64,000 nucleotides of DNA from Candidatus Latescibacterota bacterium (GTDB lineage Bacteria > Latescibacterota > UBA2968 > GCA-2709665): assembly GCA_965208835.1 (NCBI GenBank), contig OZ242358.1, positions 2,624,001 through 2,688,000 on the forward strand, read 5' to 3'. A program made the position numbers and the translations under genes. A model generated the notes under the pieces. It worked only from the letters and a program-made list of their open reading frames with translations. It ran no database searches and had not been told where the DNA came from. This document shows positions 46,358-55,486 of this stretch, one piece after another. Position 1 is the stretch's first letter; every line of letters begins with the position of its first letter.

Positions 46358-48811
46358 CTACACCACGATATTGACGAGGCGATTGGGAACGACAATCACC
46401 TTCTTGGGCGCTTTGCCCGCGAGATGGCTCCTCACATTCGGCTGCTCCAGCGCCAGTCTCGTGACGTCGTTGCCCTCTGCATCCACGTCCACCTGAAACC
46501 TGGCGCGGACCTTGCCGTTGACCTGCACCGGCATCTGAATGGTTGCCGGACGCGCAAGATCCTCGTCCCATTCCGGCCAGGCCTGCTCGTGGACGCTGTA
46601 GCTCCCGCCGATGCGTTCCCACAATTCTTCCGATATATGCGGCGCAAAGGGCGCCAACAGCAGGCACAGCGAGCGAATGGCATCTTTCCAGGCATCCGAT
46701 TCGACGACCGCAGCGGTCTTCAGTTTGCCAAGGCGGTTGACACAGGTCATCAACGCGGCGACGGCGGTGTTGAAGTCGAAGGATTCCAGGTCCTCCGAGA
46801 CTTTTCTGATCGCCTGGTGGGTGATCCTTCTCAATTCCGTTGTCTCCCCGACTCCCGGGGGTTTGCCGGCCGACTCAGCCGGCTCGCTGACTAGAGACCA
46901 GACCCGGTTCAGAAACCGGGGAACGCCTTCCATGCTCGCCGAGTTCCAGGGGCCGCCCTGGTCCCAACGGCTGATGAACATAAGATATGCCCTGACGCTG
47001 TCAACGCCGTGCGCATCGATGAGATCGTCCGGGTTCACCACGTTTCCGCGGGACTTGCTCATTTTCTCGGAATCCTCTCCGAGAATGATGCCCTGATTGA
47101 ACAGCCGGACCATCGGTTCTGCCTCGTCGGTGGCGATGAGCTTCATGTCCCGCATCGCCATGGTGAAGAAACGGGTATAGAGCAGATGCATGGTCGCGTG
47201 CTCGATACCACCCGTATATTGATCCACCGGCAGCCAGTACGCCCCCTCTTCCGGGTCGAACGGTCCGGCTGCGAATTGCGGGCTGAGATACCGGTACTGA
47301 TACCATGACGAACACATGAACGTATCCATCGTATCGGTTTCTCTCCGCGCGTCCCCCTGGCATTCAGGGCAGGTCGTATGCAGGAATCCCTCGTGACGCT
47401 TCAGTGGAGATTCGCCCGTGGGCAGAAACTCCGCATCTTCCGGCAGTTTCACAGGAAGATCCGTCTCAGGGACCGGCACCACGCCGCAAGTGTCGCAGTA
47501 GACGATCGGTATGGGGCAGCCCCAGTACCGCTGGCGGGAAATCAGCCAGTCGTGCAACCGATAATTGACCTTGCGCTTACCGATTTCCCGCGCTTCCAAA
47601 TCTTCAGCCACCGCGACCTTCGCCGCGTCGGACGGCATGCCGCTGAACCGGCCTGAATTGGCCAGCGTGCCCTTTCCCTCGTAGGGACGCCCGAGCGGCC
47701 GGCCATCCCAGTCCGGCGGCGCGATGACCGTCGGAACGGGCAATCCATACTGTCTCGCGAAACCGAAATCCCGCTCGTCGTGTCCTGGTACGGCCATGAT
47801 CGCGCCGGTTCCGTACGTCGTAAGCACATAATCGGCGATGTAGATGGGTACCTCGGCGTTGTTCATCGGGTTGATCGCATACGCTCCCGTAAAGACACCG
47901 TCGCGATCCTTGTCCAGAGACAACCGGTCGATTTCCGACCGCCGGCCGGCTTTCTCCCGGTACGATGCGACCTCCGCCGCGCGGGCCCGGGTTGTAATCG
48001 CGTCGACAAGCTCGTGTTCAGGCGCCAATACCGCGAACGTGACCCCGAATATCGTATCGGCGCGCGTGGTAAAAACCCGAAACGATTCACCCGAACCCTT
48101 CACGGCCATTTCAAACTCCACCCCTTCACTGCGGCCGATCCAGTTGGTCTGCATCGTTTCGACCCGGCCGGGCCATTCCAGGCCCGAAAAATCAAGCAGC
48201 GAATCCGCGTATTTCGTAATCCGGAACAACCACTGATCCAGGTCTTTCTTCACAACGGGAGTATCGCACCGTTCGCAATGGCGGTCATCTCCCCACACCT
48301 GCTCTCTGGCAAGCGTCGTATTGCAACGCGGACACCAGTCCACCGGGGCCTTTTTCCGATAGGCCAATCCGTGGCGAAAGAACTGCAGGAAGAGCCACTG
48401 CGTCCACTTGTAGTACTCGGGTTCACACGTTACGATCTCCCTTTCCCAGTCGAACATGGCACCCATTTTCTTCAGGTGTCCACGCATTTTCTCTACGTTG
48501 TCCATGGTCCATCTGGCAGGATGAATCCCTCGTTCGATGGCGGCGTTTTCCGCCGGCAGTCCGAACGCATCAAACCCTATTGGAAACAAGACGTTATATC
48601 CCTTCATCCGCATCCATCTGGCGCGTGCGTCGGAAGGCACCATCGCGTACCAGTGCCCGATATGCAGGTCTCCCGAGGTATACGGCAACATGGTCAGCGC
48701 ATAGTGCTTGGGCCTGCCTTTCCTGACACCGCTCCTGTAGACACCTGTCTGTTCCCAGCGAGTGCGCCACTTTGACTCGATCGCTTCGAAATCGTATCCA
48801 CTTTCAGCCAT
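46358..48811 (-). CDS. leuS: Leucine--tRNA ligase
   Basis: LHIGH, WIGRSEG, YGTGAIMAVPGHDERD, DWLISRQRYWG, KMSKS, QVNGKVR. Confidence 0.98.
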   Translation of the reverse strand: MAESGYDFEAIESKWRTRWEQTGVYRSGVRKGRPKHYALTMLPYTSGDLHIGHWYAMVPSDARARWMRMKGYNVLFPIGFDAFGLPAENAAIERGIHPARWTMDNVEKMRGHLKKMGAMFDWEREIVTCEPEYYKWTQWLFLQFFRHGLAYRKKAPVDWCPRCNTTLAREQVWGDDRHCERCDTPVVKKDLDQWLFRITKYADSLLDFSGLEWPGRVETMQTNWIGRSEGVEFEMAVKGSGESFRVFTTRADTIFGVTFAVLAPEHELVDAITTRARAAEVASYREKAGRRSEIDRLSLDKDRDGVFTGAYAINPMNNAEVPIYIADYVLTTYGTGAIMAVPGHDERDFGFARQYGLPVPTVIAPPDWDGRPLGRPYEGKGTLANSGRFSGMPSDAAKVAVAEDLEAREIGKRKVNYRLHDWLISRQRYWGCPIPIVYCDTCGVVPVPETDLPVKLPEDAEFLPTGESPLKRHEGFLHTTCPECQGDARRETDTMDTFMCSSWYQYRYLSPQFAAGPFDPEEGAYWLPVDQYTGGIEHATMHLLYTRFFTMAMRDMKLIATDEAEPMVRLFNQGIILGEDSEKMSKSRGNVVNPDDLIDAHGVDSVRAYLMFISRWDQGGPWNSASMEGVPRFLNRVWSLVSEPAESAGKPPGVGETTELRRITHQAIRKVSEDLESFDFNTAVAALMTCVNRLGKLKTAAVVESDAWKDAIRSLCLLLAPFAPHISEELWERIGGSYSVHEQAWPEWDEDLARPATIQMPVQVNGKVRARFQVDVDAEGNDVTRLALEQPNVRSHLAGKAPKKVIVVPNRLVNIVV

Positions 48812-48938
48812 TTGACGGCTCCCTGAACTCACAGTTTACCAGTCCGTTGACAAAGTCGCGCTGCAGGCGAGGCCGAGCAACGCAGTACTTCGACCGCAAG
48901 GGCCGGCCGCAGTCCGGATGGGCTCTTTCAACGGGCTG

Positions 48939-50234
48939 TTATGGGTAAAGCCGCTGCAGCATCCGGGGAAACGGAATGGTCTCCCGTACATGCCGCAACC
49001 CGCAGATCCACGCCACGGTCCGTTCAATGCCCAGGCCGAAACCGGCGTGAGGCACCGATCCGTAGCGTCTGAGGTCCAAATACCATTGAAAAGGGGTTTC
49101 GTCGAGTCTGTGTTCGGCAATCTTCCGCCGTAATTCCTCCAGGTCGTCCTCACGCTGTCCGCCCCCGATGATTTCTCCGAATCCCTCGGGCGCGAGCATA
49201 TCCATGCAAAGCGCCAACCGGCCGTCGTCCGGATCCCCCTTCATGTAGAATGCTTTACAGGAGGCCGGATATCTGTGCACCAGGACCGGACGATCGAATT
49301 GTTCCGCCAGAACGGTTTCCTCGTCGCCGCCGAAATCATCGCCCCACCGATGCGATACGCCGCTCCGATTCAGGATGTCCACCGCTTCCGTATAGGAGAT
49401 TCTGGGAAACGGTTTCTTTACTCGCTTGAGCGGCTCGAGGTCCCGCTGAAGCAACTCCAGTTCCTTTCGCCGGCTTTTCAAGACCTGCTGTACCACGGTG
49501 CTGACGAAGTCCTCCGCCAGATCCATGTCCCCGCTCAGGTCCAGGTACGCCACCTCCGGCTCGACCATCCAGAATTCGGTCAGGTGCCTCCGGGTTTTCG
49601 ATTTTTCGGCCCTGAACGTCGGCCCGAAGCAATAGACCTTTCCAAAGGCCATGGCGCTGGCTTCCAGATAGAGCTGCCCGCTCTGGGTCAGATACGCCTG
49701 GTCGTCGAAGTAGTCGGTCTGGAACAGCGTTGTCGTTCCCTCGCACGAGGAAGGCGTAAAGATTGGCGAATCCGTCAGTACGTATTCTCTTTCATCGAAG
49801 TAATTCCTGCACGCCCGAATCACTTCGCTTCGCACGCGCAGAATGGCGTGCTGGCGGGAGGAACGCAGCCAGAGATGGCGATGATCCATCAGAAATGCCG
49901 TTCCGTGCTCCTTTGGTGTAATGGGATACGGTTCCGACGTCTGAACCACCTCGATATCGGTGACCCCTATCTCGAAACCCAGAGGCGAGCGCACGTCCTC
50001 GCGAACAACCCCCCATACGCGCAGAGACGACTCCTGGGTCAGGCCGGCGGCGCGCTCGAACAGGTCCGGCGAAACGTCCCCCTTGAACAGAACACACTGC
50101 ACCACACCGGTTCCGTCTCTCAACTGCAGAAAGCTCAGTCTGCCGCTGGAGCGTTTGTTGTGCAGCCAGCCCTGGAGAAGAACGGCACGCCCGTCGTACT
50201 CTGAGATCCTTGAAATCGAAATGGGTACGGCCAT
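48939..50234 (-). CDS. asnS: Asparagine--tRNA ligase
   Basis: [54 protein letters not shown]. Confidence 0.97.
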   Translation of the reverse strand: MAVPISISRISEYDGRAVLLQGWLHNKRSSGRLSFLQLRDGTGVVQCVLFKGDVSPDLFERAAGLTQESSLRVWGVVREDVRSPLGFEIGVTDIEVVQTSEPYPITPKEHGTAFLMDHRHLWLRSSRQHAILRVRSEVIRACRNYFDEREYVLTDSPIFTPSSCEGTTTLFQTDYFDDQAYLTQSGQLYLEASAMAFGKVYCFGPTFRAEKSKTRRHLTEFWMVEPEVAYLDLSGDMDLAEDFVSTVVQQVLKSRRKELELLQRDLEPLKRVKKPFPRISYTEAVDILNRSGVSHRWGDDFGGDEETVLAEQFDRPVLVHRYPASCKAFYMKGDPDDGRLALCMDMLAPEGFGEIIGGGQREDDLEELRRKIAEHRLDETPFQWYLDLRRYGSVPHAGFGLGIERTVAWICGLRHVRETIPFPRMLQRLYP

Positions 50235-50274
50235 CGGGGGGCCTCCCGGCAGTCACGCGATCAGTCCTGGCTCA

Positions 50275-50437
50275 GTGTCCTGTCCCAAAAATTCCTCACC
50301 ATTCGACCGCCGATTCATCCCGTCTCGCTACGTTCCCCTCGCTCGCCGACCTTACGCAGGTCGCCTGCGCTCCGGCGCCTTGCAAGCCAGGCGACTCCGC
50401 GGTCGAATTCAGGCAACTTATTTCCGGGACAGGACAT
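50275..50437 (+). mobile_element. MITE copy 3 (163 bp)
   Basis: GTGTCCTGTCCC...GGGACAGGACAT; aligns along its length with copies 1 and 2. Confidence 0.85.
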
Positions 50438-50447
50438 CAGCAAAACC

Positions 50448-50481
50448 AAAAAAGACGACCGGATGGTGCCGATCGCCTTTT
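50448..50481 (-). terminator. Intrinsic terminator of pnp
   Basis: Minus strand GGCGATCGG-N6-CCGGTCGTC followed by T6. Confidence 0.7.
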
Positions 50482-50506
50482 GCCGACCTCTGGCTTACCA
50501 GGCGGG

Positions 50507-52645
50507 TTAGCGCCGATGGGGCCTTCGCGGTCCGCGTGATTGGCGCGGCGGCGGTTCGACGTATCCGGGAGGCGGTTCGAACGTCGCCTTGCGACTAAGT
50601 CGAACCTTGCCCTGGTCGTCGATCGAAATGACCTTGACGTCCAGCTTATCCCCTTCGGACAGGACGTCTTCGACCTTGTTCACCCGTTGGTAGTCCAGCT
50701 CTGAAATGTGGCAGAGTCCTTCTTTTCCCGGCAGAATCTCGATAAAGGCGCCAAAGTCCAGGGTTCGCTTGACGGTGCCGTTGTACACCCTGCCGACTTC
50801 CGGATCCTCCACCAGCGCCTTGATCATCTCCATGGCTTCTTCGCCGGCCTTGGCGTCTACCGAACTGACCGTGATAAGTCCGTCGTCGTCCACTGCCACG
50901 GTCGCGCCCGTTTCTTCGATGCTGCGAATGGTCTTTCCGCCAGGACCGATTACCGTACCGATCTTTGCCGGGTCGATATATAGAGAAAGAATTCGCGGCG
51001 CGTACGGTGACAACTCCGGCTTCGGGCCGGCGATCGCTTCCGTCATTTTACCCAGAATGTGGTCCAGCGCGCCGCGCGCGCGCCCGAAAGCCTCCTGCAT
51101 GATCTCAAGACTGATACCCTTGATCTTGATGTCGAGCTGAATCGAAGTGAGTCCCTCGGCCGTGCCGGCGATCTTCAGGTCCATGTCGCCAAGATGGTCT
51201 TCCGCGCCCAGTATGTCGGTCAGCAAGGCCCAGTTGGCATTGTCGTCCCCCATGACCAGCCCGACGCCGGCACCCGCAACGGCCGTCTTGACGGGAACCC
51301 CCGCATCCATCAGGGCGAGCGATCCGCCGCACACCGTTGCCATTGAGGACGAACTGTTCGACTCCAGTATTTCGGAAACCACACGGATTGTGTAGGGGAA
51401 GTGTTTCTCATTGGGCACGACCGGAACCAGCGCTTTTTCGGCAAGGACGCCGTGCCCGATCTCCCTCCGACCGGGCGCCCCGATCCGGCGGGTTTCTCCC
51501 ACGCTGTACGAGGGAAAGTTGTAATCCAGCATGAAACTCTTGTAGGACATCCCCTCCAGATCGTCCACCATCCGGGTATCCAGCTTGCTGCCCAGCGTGG
51601 CCACACACAGCGCCTGGGTCTGGCCTCTTGTGAACACGGCCGACCCGTGTGCTCGCGGCAGAACGCCGAGTTCAATCTGAATCGGCCGTACCTCGTCCAG
51701 GGCCCTGCCGTCGATCCGGCGGCCTTCGTCCAGTATCATCCGGCGCATCTCCGCCTTGACGATTGCCTCGATCTCCGCGGTGATTTCAGCGCTTGACTCC
51801 GGAAACTCCTGTTCCAGGGCCGCCTGTGCATCGGCTTCGATGCCGGCAATGACGTTCGCCCTGTCTTCCTTCTCGGACAACCGGTTCGCGTCTGCGATGC
51901 GCTGCGCCGCATGTGCCCTTACGGCTTCTTCGAGTGCTTCATTGGGTTCGGGTTCAACGACTTCCCGCTTTGGCTTCCCGCACCTGGATACGAGTTCTTC
52001 CTGCATCTCCACGAGCCTGACGATGGCTTCCTGGCCTACCCGCAGCGCCCCAAGTACGTCGGCGTCCGGCGCCTCATGGCACTCGCCTTCGACGGAAATG
52101 ATCGACTCCTTGTTTCCGGACACGATGATGTTGATGTCGCTCTCATCCAACTGTTGGTGGGTTGGATTGATCACGTACTCGCCGTCTATCTGACCCACCT
52201 TAACAGCGCCGATCGGTCCTTCGAATGGGATATCGGAAATACAGACAGCCGCCGATGCGCCGTTCATCGCCAGCACCGCGGGGTCGTTCTCTTCATCGTA
52301 CGATAGAATCGTTACCAAAACCTGAGTTTCCACGTCCCGTTTCAGGAACAACGGCCTGATCTGGTGATCGATCAGCCTGGCGCTCAGCTTCTCCGTTGTG
52401 GAGGGTGCGCCTTCCCGTTTGAAGAAGTTCCCCGGTATCCTGCCGCTTGCGTACATTTTCTCGCGATAATCCACCGTTAACGGGAAAAAATCCATATCGG
52501 ATTCTCTGGTATCTGCCACAGTTGCCACCAGGACCACGGTTTCGCCATACTGCATCCAGACGGCGCCGTGGGCCTGCTTGGCCACGCGTCCGTGTTCAAT
52601 GGATAATGTCCGTCCTTCCAGTTCCAACTCTATTTTTTCTGCCAT
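50507..52645 (-). CDS. pnp: Polyribonucleotide nucleotidyltransferase
   Basis: FFPLTVDYRE, RREIGHG, EDHLGDMD.K.AGT, KH (IGPGG) and S1 domains. Confidence 0.98.
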   Translation of the reverse strand: MAEKIELELEGRTLSIEHGRVAKQAHGAVWMQYGETVVLVATVADTRESDMDFFPLTVDYREKMYASGRIPGNFFKREGAPSTTEKLSARLIDHQIRPLFLKRDVETQVLVTILSYDEENDPAVLAMNGASAAVCISDIPFEGPIGAVKVGQIDGEYVINPTHQQLDESDINIIVSGNKESIISVEGECHEAPDADVLGALRVGQEAIVRLVEMQEELVSRCGKPKREVVEPEPNEALEEAVRAHAAQRIADANRLSEKEDRANVIAGIEADAQAALEQEFPESSAEITAEIEAIVKAEMRRMILDEGRRIDGRALDEVRPIQIELGVLPRAHGSAVFTRGQTQALCVATLGSKLDTRMVDDLEGMSYKSFMLDYNFPSYSVGETRRIGAPGRREIGHGVLAEKALVPVVPNEKHFPYTIRVVSEILESNSSSSMATVCGGSLALMDAGVPVKTAVAGAGVGLVMGDDNANWALLTDILGAEDHLGDMDLKIAGTAEGLTSIQLDIKIKGISLEIMQEAFGRARGALDHILGKMTEAIAGPKPELSPYAPRILSLYIDPAKIGTVIGPGGKTIRSIEETGATVAVDDDGLITVSSVDAKAGEEAMEMIKALVEDPEVGRVYNGTVKRTLDFGAFIEILPGKEGLCHISELDYQRVNKVEDVLSEGDKLDVKVISIDDQGKVRLSRKATFEPPPGYVEPPPRQSRGPRRPHRR

Positions 52646-52722
52646 CCACCCCTTCTCCTCAGCAAAAATGAACGTACAGCCAGCCTGTAGAACGCAATGG
52701 GAAACATACGCTACAGGTATAA

Positions 52723-52992
52723 TTAACCACGTATTCCGAGTTTAACGATCAAAGCACGGTAGCCGGTCAGGTCGCGACGTTGCATATATCTCAGGAAACG
52801 CCGGCGCTTGCCGACCAGTTTGAGCAACCCTCGGCGGGAATGGTGATCTTTCCCGTGCCGCTGGGCGTGTTCGGTCAACATCCTGATGCGTTCCGTCAAT
52901 AGCGCGACTTGCACTTCGACGGAGCCGGTGTCACTGGCGGCCCGACCGAAGGAATCCACCAGTTCGGCTTTCCTTTCTTTTGCTAAACCCAA
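52723..52992 (-). CDS. rpsO: 30S ribosomal protein S15
   Basis: [23 protein letters not shown]; TTG start with SD GGAGGTG. Confidence 0.97.
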   Translation of the reverse strand: MGLAKERKAELVDSFGRAASDTGSVEVQVALLTERIRMLTEHAQRHGKDHHSRRGLLKLVGKRRRFLRYMQRRDLTGYRALIVKLGIRG

Positions 52993-53948
52993 TGCTTCAC
53001 CTCCATTTGATGGTCCAACTCCTGTCCTATAATGTCACGGGCACACTGCCCGTCCTTGTGAATTTGCGCAATCAGCGATTCCGGATCCGGAAACCGGCGT
53101 TCGCCACGCAGCCGATCCAGCAGTTCCAGCGATATCCGGCGTCCGTAAAGATTCCCGCTAAAATCCAGCAGATGGGCTTCTAACAATCTGCTCTTGCCGT
53201 TAAAAGTCGGCCGCACTCCAAGGTTTACAACAGCCGCGTACGGTTCAGGCACAAACGCCTTCGCCGCGTATACACCGTTCGGCGGCAACAGTTTCATGGT
53301 ATCGTCGGGCACGATATTCGCGGTCGGATAACCCAGCTCCCGCCCCCGGCCGTCGCCCGGCGCCACACGGCCTGAAACGGGATATCCGCCTCCAAGCATC
53401 TCGCGCGCTTCGTCGATTCTGCCCTCTCGAATCAGGTCCCGAAGCCGGCTGCTGCTCACCGGGCGCTCTCCCGCCATCGTGGGGGACACAATAGCAACGT
53501 CGAAACCGAACCGATGACCGAGCGCCCGCATGGTATCGGGATCGCCGCTGCGACCCTTGCCGAATCCGTGATCGTAACCCAGCACCACGACCTTCGCGTC
53601 CAGATACGTCACCAGATAGGTCGATACGAATGCCTCGGGACTCAGCATCTGTACCTCCCTGGTGAACGGGACGACCGCCAGAATGTCGATTCCGGCGTCC
53701 TGAAGCCGCCGCCGCTTCTCCTCCATCGACGTAAGGACGACCGGCGGGTCGTCGGGATGGATAACTGCCCGCGGATGTGGATCGAACGTTACTGCAACGG
53801 CGCTGCCCGACCGTGCCCGGGCCATGGCGACGACGGCTTCGATTACAGCGCGATGTCCCCGGTGGACACCGTCGAAGGTGCCGGTCGTTACCACCGTATT
53901 TTTTAGCTCGAGCGTCTGTTCCAAAGTCCGTGTCTGCATCCGGATCAA
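52983..53948 (-). CDS. ribF: Riboflavin kinase / FAD synthetase
   Basis: [44 protein letters not shown]. Confidence 0.96.
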   Translation of the reverse strand: MIRMQTRTLEQTLELKNTVVTTGTFDGVHRGHRAVIEAVVAMARARSGSAVAVTFDPHPRAVIHPDDPPVVLTSMEEKRRRLQDAGIDILAVVPFTREVQMLSPEAFVSTYLVTYLDAKVVVLGYDHGFGKGRSGDPDTMRALGHRFGFDVAIVSPTMAGERPVSSSRLRDLIREGRIDEAREMLGGGYPVSGRVAPGDGRGRELGYPTANIVPDDTMKLLPPNGVYAAKAFVPEPYAAVVNLGVRPTFNGKSRLLEAHLLDFSGNLYGRRISLELLDRLRGERRFPDPESLIAQIHKDGQCARDIIGQELDHQMEVKHWV

Positions 53949-54853
53949 CTTTCAGGCTGACGCAGCACCCGAACCGGCTTCAGCATCCGGTCGGAGGCCC
54001 GCCAGCGTCCGATGCCGAGCAACACCCCCTCGGGATAGAGCGCCCTCACGAGCCGACCCGACTCGAGAGCGGTACTGTCTTCCAGATTCGCGACGGCATT
54101 TCCGTGAGCAAAACACCCTGCCTGAGCGGCATCCAGGTTGAGACGCGGCAGGTCACGCAATAACCGGTTGGGATCCATCAGAAACGGCTGCAACTCCGCT
54201 TTCGATCGAACGGATTCGAGCTGGTCGAACGTGACGCACTGGTCAATGCGAACAGGGCCGGCGGCCGTACGTCTGAGTCCGGCCAGATACGCGCCGCATC
54301 CCAGCTTCCGGCCGATATCGTCGGCCAGGGTGCGGACATAAGTCCCTTTTGAACAGGAGACCGTCAGGTGTAGATCGGGAGGCCTGAAATCTTCTAATTC
54401 AATTTCGTAAACGCGCACGCGGGACGGTCGTCGGGCGACTTCCGTGCCCTCCCGTGCCAGTTGGTACAACCGCCTGCCATCCATCTTTCGGGCCGAGAAC
54501 ATTGGCGGAATCTGTTCGATTTCGCCGACAAACCCAGCCACCGTGGCACGGACGTCCTCCAACCGGCCGGGTACTCGGTTGGATCGCGCAACGACGTCGC
54601 CTTCCGCGTCGAGCGTGCTTGTGCGGACCCCGAGACGGACATGGGCGGAGTACGTCTTGTCGTGGTCCGTGAGATAGGAACTGAGCCGGGTCGCCCTGCC
54701 CAGACACAGCACGAGGACGCCGGTCGCGAGCGGATCCAGGGTGCCCGTATGCCCTACCTTCCGGATGTTCAGCCGGCGTCGAACACGGTCAATCACGTCG
54801 TGGGACGTCATTCCCGGGGGCTTGTCAATCGGCAACACGCCAGTGACGTTGAT
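53945..54853 (-). CDS. truB: tRNA pseudouridine(55) synthase; start GTG 54838 or non-canonical ATC 54853
   Basis: DKPPGMTSHDV, KVGHTGTLDPLATGVL, CSKGTYVRTL. Confidence 0.95.
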   Translation of the reverse strand: MNVTGVLPIDKPPGMTSHDVIDRVRRRLNIRKVGHTGTLDPLATGVLVLCLGRATRLSSYLTDHDKTYSAHVRLGVRTSTLDAEGDVVARSNRVPGRLEDVRATVAGFVGEIEQIPPMFSARKMDGRRLYQLAREGTEVARRPSRVRVYEIELEDFRPPDLHLTVSCSKGTYVRTLADDIGRKLGCGAYLAGLRRTAAGPVRIDQCVTFDQLESVRSKAELQPFLMDPNRLLRDLPRLNLDAAQAGCFAHGNAVANLEDSTALESGRLVRALYPEGVLLGIGRWRASDRMLKPVRVLRQPES

Positions 54854-54866
54854 TCTGCCCTCCGTT

Positions 54867-55205
54867 CTACGAATTCAAGTCGTCCAGCAGCCTGTCGATC
54901 CTGCTGGCCTGTTCCAGAGACTCGTCCAGCCTGAACTCCAGTTCCGGCACGTTTCTCAGCCGGATGCGTCCGCCCAGTTCCCTGCGGAGGAACGGGAGCG
55001 CCCGCTGGAGTGTCTTGAGGCTCTCGTCGCGAATCTGATCCTCACCCATCACGCTGACGTGTACCCGCGCGAATTTCAGATCTCGCGACACCTGCACGCC
55101 CGTGACGGTGACGTAGCCCAGACGGGGGTCTTTAAGGTGCCGGTGGATCAGGTCACTGAGTTCCAACTGTATCTGCCGACCCACACTCTCCGAACGCCAC
55201 ATCAC
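54867..55205 (-). CDS. rbfA: Ribosome-binding factor A
   Basis: KDPRLG.VTVT.V..SRDL..A, LRNVPELEF..D.S. Confidence 0.95.
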   Translation of the reverse strand: MMWRSESVGRQIQLELSDLIHRHLKDPRLGYVTVTGVQVSRDLKFARVHVSVMGEDQIRDESLKTLQRALPFLRRELGGRIRLRNVPELEFRLDESLEQASRIDRLLDDLNS

Positions 55206-55483
55206 ATCAGTTCCAGAGAATAGTCAACGAGCTCCAAACGATGGTCCCGCTGCACCTGGTCTACGACTTTGGAAAGCACGCGATTGACGTAACGAGATTC
55301 GTTTGCCACCATCGCAACGCCAACCTCAGCCTTCTGCCAGAGTTCGTTATGACCGACCTCGGAAACGGACACGTTGTATTTCGCCCGGATCCGTTGCCGA
55401 AGACTCTCAAGAACACGGCGTTTACTCTTCAGGGAGCCGCTTTCGGGCAGATATAAAACCAGACGACACAGGCCGATGGTCAT
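55202..55483 (-). CDS. DUF503 (YlxP) family protein
   Basis: SLKSKRRV, YNVSVSEV, LWQKA; conserved position between infB and rbfA. Confidence 0.92.
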   Translation of the reverse strand: MTIGLCRLVLYLPESGSLKSKRRVLESLRQRIRAKYNVSVSEVGHNELWQKAEVGVAMVANESRYVNRVLSKVVDQVQRDHRLELVDYSLELM

Positions 55484-55486
55484 GTC

